A DNA stretch of 64,000 bases from a virus, in IMG/VR virus record IMGVR_UViG_3300007609_001696, positions 1-64,000 of that record; one strand, 5' to 3'. Both the position numbers and the translations under genes were made by a program. The notes below the pieces were generated by a model that saw only the letters and a list, made by a program, of their open reading frames with translations, was not told where the DNA came from and did not search any database. This document shows, piece after piece, positions 47,569 to 57,314 of this stretch. Each line of letters opens with the position of its first letter. Position 1 is the first letter of the stretch.

Positions 47569-49968
47569 TTATTTTTTCTTACGTCCCGACTTCATGTTGG
47601 CGCACCAGTGGTATCCTTTCTGTTTTTCGCCACTGCTGTTTTTAGCTTTCTTGCGTAGACTTGTAACACTTCCCTTGCAGCTAACACCTGCCTTTTTAAA
47701 CCTTCCTGGTCTGCTTTTGCCTTTTACTTTACCATCAGCAAAGTTTTCGTCCAGTGTGGATTCTTTCATGGTTGCTACAAAGTATACACTGCCTGGATCT
47801 TGAGCATCAACAATTTCTTTTTCGTAGGCTTTGCGTAGGTCAGACACTCTGCGTTTGTATTCTTCACGATCAATTTCGCCACTAAGTTGTAGATCTAACA
47901 AGTGTGCCAGTTCTTTGGTTTCTTCTGCTTCGAGATCCTTGATATCTTGTGCTCGATTTAGTGTGCTGAACTTGCTGTCTAAGTTGTCATCTACCATAGC
48001 ATATTCATCAGATTTTTCGTCATACGCATAAACTGTTAGATCAGGATCTTGTGCTAGCTTTTTCCAAACAGCAGTGCCACCTGCACTTTGTTCTACGTCG
48101 CTTTTGATCACACCAACATCCTGTATTGCCACTTTGTACAATTCTGGCATTACACCTTGCCCTTGGTATTCTGGCAACATCATTGCCATGCTCATTTTGC
48201 CGCGACCCGGCGCACCCACCAGTTTTAGCATACCAAACGGTTTGTTGTCGTCTAACAAGAAGTAATAAATTGTATTGCCGTGTTTGCCTTTTGCCACAGC
48301 GTAGTTTTTTACACTGTCCCCTGTAAGCTCTGCTCCGCTTCCATCCAGTGCATCCTGAAAAAGATCTGGACTGATGCCCATGTCATCTTTTTCGACATCT
48401 ATTTGCTCGACTTCCGTTAGGTCTATGCCGCGCTTGGTTAGTTCCTTGCGAATTGCTTTTTTTAACTGTTGATCCACTGGCTCGTTGGTGAGTTTTTTCA
48501 AAAAATTCATTAGATTTTTTGTATTGTATTGTTGTACTAGAACTGCGCTTTCTTTTACATTCTTTTTGTCTGCAATAGCAACCAATCTTACATCGCTAGA
48601 TCTGTTAAGTTGTTTTAATTCTTCCATGCCTTTTGCATAATCAGCATTGCTAATTTTGCCATTTTCAAAATCTCGTTGTAACTGATCCAGCTTATCTTCG
48701 TCGTAGTAGATTTCGCTGTCGTTATCTTCGTCAGGATTCCACTGGAAAAATTGATCATTGTTTTTGTCCCATGCATACACAAATACACCAGGCACATTTG
48801 CAAGTTTTTTCCATATCCCCTCTTTGCTTCCTTTGCTTTGAATGTGATCACTTACAAGTGTATAGCCTTGTTTAATCGCATAAACATACAGAGGAAGTGC
48901 AATACCTTTGCCCTGGATCTCTGGATCAAAGAATACACTGCTTTTCCAATATTTGTCAAGATAGTTGGTTAACATTAATGCCCCTAAAAATCCTTCACTG
49001 TCTGGATCTTTAATGAGGAAAAACTCCACTCCTTCCCTGTCTTTTTTAATATAATGTATGTCGTATCCTTTGATTGTGCTTACTTTTTTTGTTTTTCCGA
49101 TAAAGTTATCATAATCCCCACGATACAAAAAATTTTTTTCGATGCGATTATCTATTTCGATTTCACTAATTTGCTTCCAACGTTCTGTAAGTTGTGCTAC
49201 TTTATTTGTATCCTGTGAATTTTTAGTTGCTCGAGCGTGTAGCAGCGGTGGTTCGTTGTCTTTGTTTAGTTTGATACCTAGTTTTGCCGCCTGACGTTGT
49301 GTTTCTCCGGGCTTGACATCTGCTGTGGTATTTTGTGCATCAATAATACCCACACCAGCTACTTCGGCAAAAATACCTTTTGTTTTGGGTGTTTTTTTCT
49401 TGCCTATGTTTTTGAGTGCTCGTTTGATTTTGTTTATGCCGCTCACTGTGTAGAACATGGTTTTAAGCACAGGTATAGACACGCCCAGCACTATAGCAAG
49501 TTGTTTGATTTCTTCTAGATTGAACTGCCCAAAAAGCCCAGCCAAATCAGCCGCGGCTCCGGCGTCTTCGATGGCAAACTCTGGATTGGAAGTTTTAAAA
49601 TTGTCTTTTCTCATCACTGTTTTGGCAATGAGATCTAATTCTTGGTTGTTGGCGTCCCACACCAGTACAAAAGGCATGTTAACATCTGTCTTCATATCCT
49701 TCATAACTGCTTGTGCATCAGGCCCTAGTTGAGCAATTTTCTTGCCCCACTTTTTGAACTCTTGCTTGAACAAGCGAGTAAGTTCTGCTAGTGTGATTTG
49801 ACGTTGGTTGCGTTGATCATTTACACGATCTAGAAAGTGTTGTGTAAACTCTACATCAATGCCAACCTTGCCAAACAATCGATCAGCATATGCTTCAAGT
49901 TGTTCTAGATCACTGCGTGTTACTGGCGCTGATTCTGCACCTTCATTGAGCCAACTCCAATTGCTCAT
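47569..49968 (-). CDS. Multidomain (polyvalent-like) protein with two GNAT acetyltransferase-like domains and a basic Cys-pair tail
   Basis: PEIQGKGIA..LY and PEYQGQGV...LY, each followed by SD..QS.G...W; N-terminal HFLDRVND domain. Confidence 0.7.
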   Translation of the reverse strand: MSNWSWLNEGAESAPVTRSDLEQLEAYADRLFGKVGIDVEFTQHFLDRVNDQRNQRQITLAELTRLFKQEFKKWGKKIAQLGPDAQAVMKDMKTDVNMPFVLVWDANNQELDLIAKTVMRKDNFKTSNPEFAIEDAGAAADLAGLFGQFNLEEIKQLAIVLGVSIPVLKTMFYTVSGINKIKRALKNIGKKKTPKTKGIFAEVAGVGIIDAQNTTADVKPGETQRQAAKLGIKLNKDNEPPLLHARATKNSQDTNKVAQLTERWKQISEIEIDNRIEKNFLYRGDYDNFIGKTKKVSTIKGYDIHYIKKDREGVEFFLIKDPDSEGFLGALMLTNYLDKYWKSSVFFDPEIQGKGIALPLYVYAIKQGYTLVSDHIQSKGSKEGIWKKLANVPGVFVYAWDKNNDQFFQWNPDEDNDSEIYYDEDKLDQLQRDFENGKISNADYAKGMEELKQLNRSSDVRLVAIADKKNVKESAVLVQQYNTKNLMNFLKKLTNEPVDQQLKKAIRKELTKRGIDLTEVEQIDVEKDDMGISPDLFQDALDGSGAELTGDSVKNYAVAKGKHGNTIYYFLLDDNKPFGMLKLVGAPGRGKMSMAMMLPEYQGQGVMPELYKVAIQDVGVIKSDVEQSAGGTAVWKKLAQDPDLTVYAYDEKSDEYAMVDDNLDSKFSTLNRAQDIKDLEAEETKELAHLLDLQLSGEIDREEYKRRVSDLRKAYEKEIVDAQDPGSVYFVATMKESTLDENFADGKVKGKSRPGRFKKAGVSCKGSVTSLRKKAKNSSGEKQKGYHWCANMKSGRKKK

Positions 49969-50999
49969 TTCTTTTTGCGTCCTTGGCAGTGTGCTCGCTG
50001 ACTAAATCCTTTGGGATTGGCACAGTCTATGCTGTTTTTGTATTTTTGACTCCATGCTTCGCGAAAAGATTCTACGCTTTCACCTGCTTCCATCACAGCT
50101 ATTTCGTCTGGCGTAAACGATTCTGCACGAACACCTTGAACCTTTTTTAGCAATAGTCGCACCATGGTAATCAGTTTCATTTTCATTTCGTCACTGGCGG
50201 TGCCTTTGCTGTCAATGTCTCTAAAGTCTGCAATCATTTTGGTTGCACGAGCAATCTGCTTTGCTAGTACGCCATTTGCACCTGTGTAGAAACGCTTGGC
50301 CTTGCTCTTAGGCGGTGTTGGATCACTGCGGTAGTTGCCTAGTTCGTCTGGTCTTGCTGGTTGCACATCTTCTTTCACAGGTTGTATTTTGTCTCGCATG
50401 AGTTCGTGTATCTTTTCACTGTAGCTACCAAACAAATCTTTTACAATAAGTGCTTGCTGTTTAGCATCAGCAGATGCAAACTGCTGGCGTACTTCTGTGG
50501 CGCTTTTCATTGGCTTGCCTAGCAAGTCAAAGCGAAAAGTAGGCACAGCTTCAATGTAACCACGCTTGCTCAATGGTTCAAGATCGTCATCTTTGGGCAA
50601 AGGTGCAAAGTAACCCGGACTGCCATCTGCTTTGGGCTTGAACGCAAAACGTGGATCTTCCATCATGTCTTTTTCGCTGACCGCAAAAATAACTGCTGTA
50701 TTTTCTGGATCAGCTACTTTGCTTGTAACTTCTGTTGCTTTGTATGGTTCTTTGACCTGTTTGACGCGGCTGCCTGGTACACCCACATGTCGCATGATGG
50801 TTTGTTTTTCTTGAAAGTTGAACGGACTTTTTGGAGGATCCACTTTGTCGCTGGTAACAATGTAGACATTGCTCACACCATACTTGTTAACCAAGTGGTC
50901 GTACACTGCTTTATGTCCTTTGTGAAAAGGATGGAATCTTCCTGGATAGAGAACTAGTGTTTGTGTAGTGTCTTGTTCTGTGATTTGCTCAATTTGCAT
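49965..50999 (-). CDS. Cytidyltransferase-like (HxGH) protein with basic Cys-pair tail
   Basis: YPGRFHPFHKGH, SPF.F.EK, SAT.VR; tail WSQKYK.SIDC.NPKGFSQRAHC. Confidence 0.75.
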   Translation of the reverse strand: MQIEQITEQDTTQTLVLYPGRFHPFHKGHKAVYDHLVNKYGVSNVYIVTSDKVDPPKSPFNFQEKQTIMRHVGVPGSRVKQVKEPYKATEVTSKVADPENTAVIFAVSEKDMMEDPRFAFKPKADGSPGYFAPLPKDDDLEPLSKRGYIEAVPTFRFDLLGKPMKSATEVRQQFASADAKQQALIVKDLFGSYSEKIHELMRDKIQPVKEDVQPARPDELGNYRSDPTPPKSKAKRFYTGANGVLAKQIARATKMIADFRDIDSKGTASDEMKMKLITMVRLLLKKVQGVRAESFTPDEIAVMEAGESVESFREAWSQKYKNSIDCANPKGFSQRAHCQGRKKK

Positions 51000-51039
51000 A
51001 TAACGATCTCAGTAATAGTTATAAACTATTTAGCAGAGA

Positions 51040-51207
51040 TCACATGTTCACAATAAACCATAGATATAAGTGAGTTGAAAAAGTCAAATTCTATGTACCG
51101 TTGTGACCCAGGTGTGTTTCGTTGTAGAATTCTAAATCCAATGCTTGATCTTTGACCCAAGTGGTTGCTTCTACTGAAAATTGTATTGAAATTTGTTCTG
51201 ATTCCAT
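51040..51207 (-). pseudogene. Possible gene remnant with an in-frame TAG
   Basis: GGAG SD and ATG, 38 codons, TAG at 51091-51093, then 16 more open codons. Confidence 0.3.
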
Positions 51208-51209
51208 GT

Positions 51210-52436
51210 TTACTCCAAAAGCCTGTCTATGACTGCTTGCAGTCTATCTTGTTTGCTTGCCAGCAGGTTTTGTTGATTGTGTTCTAGTATGGTTCTAAAT
51301 TGTGCTATTTCGGCAGCTAGCCCTTCGTGGTCGCTTTCAGCAATAGCAAATGCTTCGGTTAGCACTGCATGCATGCGTTCTTCTGCATCTTCCATAGAGT
51401 CGTAGTCTTCGGATATATAACCATCAAATGTTTTGTATCCGAGACTGTGCAACAAATCCAAGCTCCCCGGGGATCCTACAATAACAAAAGGTTGTAGGTT
51501 TAAAATAGGCTTAAAGGTCTTTTCTGTTAGAAATACTGTATCTTGATCGAAATGTGTTTCAACTACAAAATTCCAGTAAGCCTCTCTAAAGTAATCATCT
51601 AGGATTAGTTTATGATTATTATGTTGTTGGTCGTCTAGATCGTCTGCACGAAAAGGACAATTTAATAGAAACTGTTCTATTAAAACATCATTTTCGTTGA
51701 AATATTTATTCCAGAAATATGGGGCCCAATAATTATCGCCTTCTATCACAGTGTTTTCTTCGCCTGTGATACTGTAACTCTGTTGGTTGTAACTAAAATA
51801 TCCATCATTGTGGGCTCCATGATGCCACAGACTGGCTGCAAACAAACGCCTAAAAGGTTTGTCCATTCTATTCAAACAGGTGAACTTTTTTTGCCGAGGT
51901 TCTAGGTTGACTGTTTTTATATAATTTTTGTCAATTGTGTGAAGATATCTATAGTATACCTCGTCATCGCAAAAGTATATAAATGGATCCACATCTTTGA
52001 GTTTGTAATTAGCAATTACAAAGCGTATGCTGCCCAACGGCAAATCGTACTTGCCGTACCAATCAAAAATATTATCTATAATGTCTATGGTAGGATCGTC
52101 GCCTTCTGAGTAGAAAAATGCAAATGTTAGAAATCCGCCCTTGGCAAGATTGCGAGCATATTCGCTGGCAGCACCTATGTAATCATAGTCAGGATCAAAC
52201 ATGTTGATCCATATTGGATAAATTACCAAGTCGTCGTCTGGCGTAACATCTGTGACCAGTTTGCAAGCATACTCCATGCCCTCGAGGTCCATGTACTTGA
52301 GAAATCTAAATTCATAGCTGTATGGTGCAGTTATTGCTAGATCCCACCAAGCTTGTGACTTTGGTTCTGCTTCGTAGGCAGCAAGATTGGGCACAAAACC
52401 CCATTGGTTTTGTTTGTCAAACACAAATGTAATCAT
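51210..52436 (-). CDS. Glycosyltransferase-like protein (TEKT.KP family)
   Basis: CLNR....R, VVET, FLTEKTFKPI...QPF, GYKTF. Confidence 0.6.
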   Translation of the reverse strand: MITFVFDKQNQWGFVPNLAAYEAEPKSQAWWDLAITAPYSYEFRFLKYMDLEGMEYACKLVTDVTPDDDLVIYPIWINMFDPDYDYIGAASEYARNLAKGGFLTFAFFYSEGDDPTIDIIDNIFDWYGKYDLPLGSIRFVIANYKLKDVDPFIYFCDDEVYYRYLHTIDKNYIKTVNLEPRQKKFTCLNRMDKPFRRLFAASLWHHGAHNDGYFSYNQQSYSITGEENTVIEGDNYWAPYFWNKYFNENDVLIEQFLLNCPFRADDLDDQQHNNHKLILDDYFREAYWNFVVETHFDQDTVFLTEKTFKPILNLQPFVIVGSPGSLDLLHSLGYKTFDGYISEDYDSMEDAEERMHAVLTEAFAIAESDHEGLAAEIAQFRTILEHNQQNLLASKQDRLQAVIDRLLE

Positions 52437-52447
52437 AGATTCTTCTT

Positions 52448-52822
52448 TTAATAGTTGAATACAATTTTACGGATAGTACCATCTGTAAAATTTGTGATTT
52501 TAGCTCTTACCCATACAAAATTACCTGTAAAATTGTATGCTTCTTGTAATGTTTGCGCAGTACTCCCGTCATAGGAGTTGGTTGTGTTGTCTACATCAAA
52601 CCAGTCATTGTCCGATGGAGACTTAGATAGTGTGGCTTGCATGGTAATTTCACCTACAAAGTTTGAGAGATAGTATGCTACTGTGTGCAATCCATCGGTG
52701 TATCCATAATAACCATCACCTTTTTGTTTGTCGCTGTAAAAAGTGCTGCTGTTACCATCATAGTTGCCTGTAGCAGTGCCAAATGTGGTTGTAGGTACAA
52801 GTGTGATGCTCTGTAGTGCCAT
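52448..52822 (-). CDS. Hypothetical beta-rich protein, possibly structural
   Basis: GDGYYG..DGLHT...DWF...NFTGNFVWVRA. Confidence 0.6.
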   Translation of the reverse strand: MALQSITLVPTTTFGTATGNYDGNSSTFYSDKQKGDGYYGYTDGLHTVAYYLSNFVGEITMQATLSKSPSDNDWFDVDNTTNSYDGSTAQTLQEAYNFTGNFVWVRAKITNFTDGTIRKIVFNY

Positions 52823-52992
52823 TAGTCGTCCGCCGGCAATAGCTCAATCAACTTGCCTGGTCCAGCAAGTTCTTGTAAAACTTGATATAGTTGCGTGAGA
52901 GTGTCTTGGTCAAACACAGGCTGTGCTGTATCCTCGTCTTTGAGCAGTTCGCTTACTTTAACAACAAACACTGTTTCGTTGATTTTTGCCAT
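52822..52992 (-). CDS. Small hypothetical protein (56 aa, not in ORF track)
   Basis: TAAATA and GGAG upstream; MAKINETVFVVKVSELLKD...; stop overlaps the next start. Confidence 0.65.
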   Translation of the reverse strand: MAKINETVFVVKVSELLKDEDTAQPVFDQDTLTQLYQVLQELAGPGKLIELLPADD

Positions 52993-53011
52993 ATCTGTAC
53001 TCCAATATAAA

Positions 53012-53803
53012 CTATTTATCGAACAGTCTGAACTCTTGTATACTATTGATGCTGTCGCTCAACAGGATCTGTGACATTTGCACCGAAGCTAGATCAGTGG
53101 CATAAAAATATATCTTTCCGTATGAATACATTTTGTTGGTGAGATTTTCCTGTGCATTGTCGGGAATATATATAGAGTCGATCTGTTTTGCCCATTCCAA
53201 GAAAGCCAGTCCTCGTGTGTAGTAGTCTTGCTTTTTGCTTGTGCTGACATTTACTTTGTAGTTGTATTTGTTGTAGGGCAACTTCTTTTTGTAAGCCACA
53301 TTTACATCACCGTAGGTAACGTGTTCGTTTGGCACAGTCACAGTTCTAAGCCACAAATCAAAGCTGTGTTTTCTTGCAAAATATTTTTCTGTAGCGTGTA
53401 AGAAATTATTCAACACTGCTGGATCGTTGGCGTATATGCTGCACCAGCTGCCTTCGCAACGTATCATTGAATGGTCTTTGTTTTTTCTTGCAAATCGTGC
53501 CAACTGTGCAATCACATTCAAGCACTGAGTATCCGGCGCTGTGTAACCATCTGACATTTCTCTATAAAAAAATCCCCAGCTGAGCTGTCTATCGCTCAGC
53601 ATTGGCAATGAGTCAAAATGTGCTTTGAGTTGCTCTGGGGTTTCCAGTTTCCATTTGTAGCGTCTTATGCCTTTGCAGTCAAGTTGCAACTTGTAGAGAT
53701 ATTTGTTGTAGAAAGGCTTTTCTGTTTGCTCAATCTTTAGGCTTAAACTGGTCCAGTACGATAAGTCCTGCTCCGTCCACATTTGGTACTGCGGTGTCTT
53801 CAT
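53012..53803 (-). CDS. Hypothetical protein
   Basis: Probable start MKTPQY after GAGG; overlaps the clpA 3' end. Confidence 0.55.
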   Translation of the reverse strand: MKTPQYQMWTEQDLSYWTSLSLKIEQTEKPFYNKYLYKLQLDCKGIRRYKWKLETPEQLKAHFDSLPMLSDRQLSWGFFYREMSDGYTAPDTQCLNVIAQLARFARKNKDHSMIRCEGSWCSIYANDPAVLNNFLHATEKYFARKHSFDLWLRTVTVPNEHVTYGDVNVAYKKKLPYNKYNYKVNVSTSKKQDYYTRGLAFLEWAKQIDSIYIPDNAQENLTNKMYSYGKIYFYATDLASVQMSQILLSDSINSIQEFRLFDK

Positions 53804-56048
53804 AAAATACCTCTGCAATTTTGTTTTGTGTTAGTGTAACTTTGTCATCTTCTGCTTCCACAGACACAGATGTACCTTCACTGATTTCGCCCGACACAAT
53901 CATCTTACTCAGCGGTACTTTGATTTTATCACTGATGATTCTTGTCAATGGCCGCGCACCCATTTTAGGATCAAACCCATTGTTCAGCAAGTATTCTCTG
54001 CCGCTTTGTTCTAGATGGATTCTAATGCCTTTGTCATTGAGCAACATGTTGACTTCGTCTACAAATTTGTCTACGATACTGCTCATTGCATCTCTTTCTA
54101 GATAGTTGAACTTGTACACCGCGTCCAATCTGTTTCTAAACTCAGGACGGAAATAGTCTTTTACAGCACGATCATCTTCGCCAGTTTTTTGCAAATCTCT
54201 ACCAAAGCCAATAGCATTGCGTTCGTTGTCGGCTGCGCCTAGATTCGAAGTCATAAGAATAATACAATTTCGGCAATCTGCTTTTTTGCCGTTGCTGCTA
54301 GAAATAAAACCTTCATCCATCATTTGCAACAGTACATTGCTCACATCCGGGTGTGCCTTTTCCACTTCGTCAAACAAGATTATACTGTTTGGATTTTGTT
54401 CAATGTCACTGACCAATGCACCCCCTGAAAGATTGCTGTCTTCAAATCCAACATACCCAGGAGGAGCTCCAATCAATCTTGCTATAGTATGCTTTTCTTG
54501 AAATTCGCTCATGTCATAGCGCAGCAGTTTCATGCTCATGTGTTCGCTCAACTGTTTGGCTAGTTCTGTTTTACCAGTGCCTGTTGGTCCTAGAAAAAGA
54601 AAGCTACCAATTGGCTTGTCATGTGACTTTAGTCCGGCTTTGGCAACAAAAATCTTTTCTACTACACCATCTACCACATGATCCTGTCCGTACACACGTT
54701 GTTTAATTTGCGCATCTAGATCTTTGATGCTGCCGTCTTGCTTGTCCAAGTCCAACTGATCTATGGGAATTCTCACAATTCTGCTTACTTCTGCCAGCAC
54801 TTCCTTTTTGCCAACTGAGAAATTGGTGTATCCTTGTTTTTTTAACTTCGCTGCTGCACTGTCAATCAAATCAATGGCTTTGTCTGGCAATTTTTTATCT
54901 GCCATGTATCTCACGCTGTAATCCACTGCCGATTCTACTGCATGGTTTGTGATGTCGCATCCATGAAATTCGTCAAAGTATTTTTTGAGTCCCCGTAGAA
55001 TATCCTTGGCTACACTGGGTGTAGGCTCGTCTACTGTGAGCCTGTAAAAACGTCTTGTGAGTGCACGATCTTTTTCAAAACTTTGAGAATATTCTTCCCA
55101 TGTGGTACTGGCAATTACTTTTACTTTGCCTTTGGATATAGCCGGCTTCAGCATGTTGGCCATGTCCAAGCTAGACTCTTTGCCAGCTCCTGCACCACGC
55201 ATTTGATGTGCTTCGTCGATAAAAAGAATACAATTTTTACGACTGATCAGTGCATTGATAACTTCTGTGATTTTTTCTTCAAATTCTCCACGATATTTAC
55301 TGCCAGCCAGCAGTGTTCCAACATCGAGACTGTACACTGTGTAGCTATTGAGGTAATCTGGCACGTTGTTGGCCACAACATCTCTGGCCAATCCTTCAGC
55401 AAGTGCAGTTTTGCCCACACCTGGATCGCCTACTAGTAAAACATTGTTTTTGTTTCTCTTGCCCAGCACTTGCACCATTTCGTCAATTTCGGCATCTCTG
55501 CCAATCACTGGATCAATTTCCCCTGCCAGCACTAGATCATTGAGATTGGTGCAGTATTCGTCAAGGATTTTTTCTGCTTGTTGCGGATCATATTTTTCCA
55601 GTGAAGCAACTTTTTGCTCTCTGTAGTTTTTGTTGTAGTATTTTACAAACTGCTCGCGAATCATACCATATTTTTGGAAAATATAGTTTGAATAACTTTT
55701 GTCTTCTCCGGTGATTGCAAGGAAAATATCAGCCGGCTGTACATGATTCCTGCCGTGGAATATAACCTGTGTAAACGCACGATTAAACACACGCTCTAAT
55801 GCATAGGTCTTTTGAGCTTGCACATCCTGTTCGGCTACAAGATAATATTGCTTTTTAAGCCAAACATCCAATTCTATCAGCATACTGTCAACATCACATC
55901 CAAAATCTTTGACACACTTGTTGAAATTGTCAAAATTCAACAATGCCAGTGTGAGATGCTCTACAGTAACATATTTGTGTTTTAAATTATCTGCCATGTT
56001 GGCAGCGTCTTTGATTATTTGTTCAACTTCAGGACTTGATGTTAGCAT
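53730..56048 (-). CDS. clpA: ATP-dependent Clp protease ATP-binding subunit
   Basis: Clp N-domain, two AAA modules (GDPGVGKT, GPTGTGKT), no ClpB M-domain, IGF loop. Confidence 0.9.
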   Translation of the reverse strand: MLTSSPEVEQIIKDAANMADNLKHKYVTVEHLTLALLNFDNFNKCVKDFGCDVDSMLIELDVWLKKQYYLVAEQDVQAQKTYALERVFNRAFTQVIFHGRNHVQPADIFLAITGEDKSYSNYIFQKYGMIREQFVKYYNKNYREQKVASLEKYDPQQAEKILDEYCTNLNDLVLAGEIDPVIGRDAEIDEMVQVLGKRNKNNVLLVGDPGVGKTALAEGLARDVVANNVPDYLNSYTVYSLDVGTLLAGSKYRGEFEEKITEVINALISRKNCILFIDEAHQMRGAGAGKESSLDMANMLKPAISKGKVKVIASTTWEEYSQSFEKDRALTRRFYRLTVDEPTPSVAKDILRGLKKYFDEFHGCDITNHAVESAVDYSVRYMADKKLPDKAIDLIDSAAAKLKKQGYTNFSVGKKEVLAEVSRIVRIPIDQLDLDKQDGSIKDLDAQIKQRVYGQDHVVDGVVEKIFVAKAGLKSHDKPIGSFLFLGPTGTGKTELAKQLSEHMSMKLLRYDMSEFQEKHTIARLIGAPPGYVGFEDSNLSGGALVSDIEQNPNSIILFDEVEKAHPDVSNVLLQMMDEGFISSSNGKKADCRNCIILMTSNLGAADNERNAIGFGRDLQKTGEDDRAVKDYFRPEFRNRLDAVYKFNYLERDAMSSIVDKFVDEVNMLLNDKGIRIHLEQSGREYLLNNGFDPKMGARPLTRIISDKIKVPLSKMIVSGEISEGTSVSVEAEDDKVTLTQNKIAEVFYEDTAVPNVDGAGLIVLDQFKPKD

Positions 56049-56496
56049 AATTGTATTTTTTTGGAACCTTATTTTCTAGTCTTTGTTTGAATACTATTCC
56101 ATCTAGGTGGTCTAGTTCGTGAAGAAAACATCTAGCAGATATTCCTGCAAGTGTTTCATGTTTGGCCTTGCCCATATAGTCATAGTATAACACATCTATC
56201 ACACTTGGTCTTTCTATTTCGTAGAAATTGCCTTTAAAACTCAAGCAACCTTCTGTAAACCGTGAAGTTTTTGCACTTGTGGTCAGCAGTTGAGGATTGA
56301 AGCAAGTTCTGTACTTTCCTTCTGTATACATAACAAAAAGTCTTCTGCCTATACCAACTTGCGGTGCAGCCAGACCTATACCACCTTCGTGTTGCATAAA
56401 ATTTATCATTTGCACAGCAATCTTTTGATTTTCAAACGGTTTGCTCCAATCAAAAGGCACAGCTTTTTTCTTCAAAATACGTTTGGTAAGATGCAT
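56029..56496 (-). CDS. def: Peptide deformylase
   Basis: GIGLAAPQVG, EGCLS, HELDH. Confidence 0.95.
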   Translation of the reverse strand: MHLTKRILKKKAVPFDWSKPFENQKIAVQMINFMQHEGGIGLAAPQVGIGRRLFVMYTEGKYRTCFNPQLLTTSAKTSRFTEGCLSFKGNFYEIERPSVIDVLYYDYMGKAKHETLAGISARCFLHELDHLDGIVFKQRLENKVPKKYNYANIKS

Positions 56497-56500
56497 AAAA

Positions 56501-57274
56501 TTATTTATTGAATAGCTGTTTGGCAGTGTTGATTGCAGAGATTTGTTCTGCGGTTTTGGCTGCAGGAATTGTTGTGTTTACGTGTACAAACAAATCACCT
56601 GTTTTTCCACGTGCTGTGTATCCTTGGCCTTTGAGTTTGAGTACTTTATCATGTGAGCATCCAGCTGGTATTTTTACGTTTAGTTTTTTTTGATTTAGAT
56701 TTGTGATGGTTTGGCTGCACCCTAGTATAGCATCAAAAACATCTATATCAATAGTAGTGTGTAGGTCTAGCTCGCTTTTATACCACTGGTTTGGACAAGA
56801 CACAAACACAGTAACACGCAAGTCTCCCGGAGGCAAGTCTTGCCATCTATTGTCGCCTAGGCCTTTGAATCTTATCACACTTCCGTTGTTGATACCAGCT
56901 GGTATTTGTATGGTTCTTGTTACATTGATCCCTTCAATTCTTGCCACCACTACTTTTTCCAATGGTTCAAAAATCTCACTGGCAAGCACAGTAACGCTGA
57001 GATCGATATTAGCATTTTTTGCGTGTGTTCGATGACCAAAGTGTGAATCGAAATTTTTCCAAAAGTTTTCCATGTCCATTTCTGGCACAGGATTGTCGTA
57101 CTCACTTTTGCTTTGCTTGTTGCTGAGAACATCGTAGGCTTGTTGTATTTTTTTGAATTGTGCTTCATCGCCACCGCGATCAGGATGATGCTTGCTTGCC
57201 AATCTGCGGTAAGCTTTCTTGATGTCGTCTTGTGAAGCAGACTTGTCTAAGCCTAAAATAGAGTAATAGTCCAT
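56501..57274 (-). CDS. dnaJ: DnaJ/CbpA-type co-chaperone (no zinc finger)
   Basis: J-domain with HPD; DnaJ C-terminal domains. Confidence 0.9.
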   Translation of the reverse strand: MDYYSILGLDKSASQDDIKKAYRRLASKHHPDRGGDEAQFKKIQQAYDVLSNKQSKSEYDNPVPEMDMENFWKNFDSHFGHRTHAKNANIDLSVTVLASEIFEPLEKVVVARIEGINVTRTIQIPAGINNGSVIRFKGLGDNRWQDLPPGDLRVTVFVSCPNQWYKSELDLHTTIDIDVFDAILGCSQTITNLNQKKLNVKIPAGCSHDKVLKLKGQGYTARGKTGDLFVHVNTTIPAAKTAEQISAINTAKQLFNK

Positions 57275-57311
57275 ACTACATAATTATAGCAGGACTATTA
57301 ACCGTAGTCAA
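57264..57311 (-). promoter_or_regulatory. Sigma70 promoter TTGACT-N17-TATAAT (extended -10) within a 9-bp inverted repeat
   Basis: -35 at 57306-57311, -10 at 57283-57288; TAATAGTCC/GGACTATTA arms; no SD. Confidence 0.7.
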
Positions 57312-57314
57312 TAA

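Noticed and set aside
57264-57300. CIRCE heat-shock operator before dnaJ
   Set aside because: Arms and 19-nt spacer do not match TTAGCACTC-N9-GAGTGCTAA
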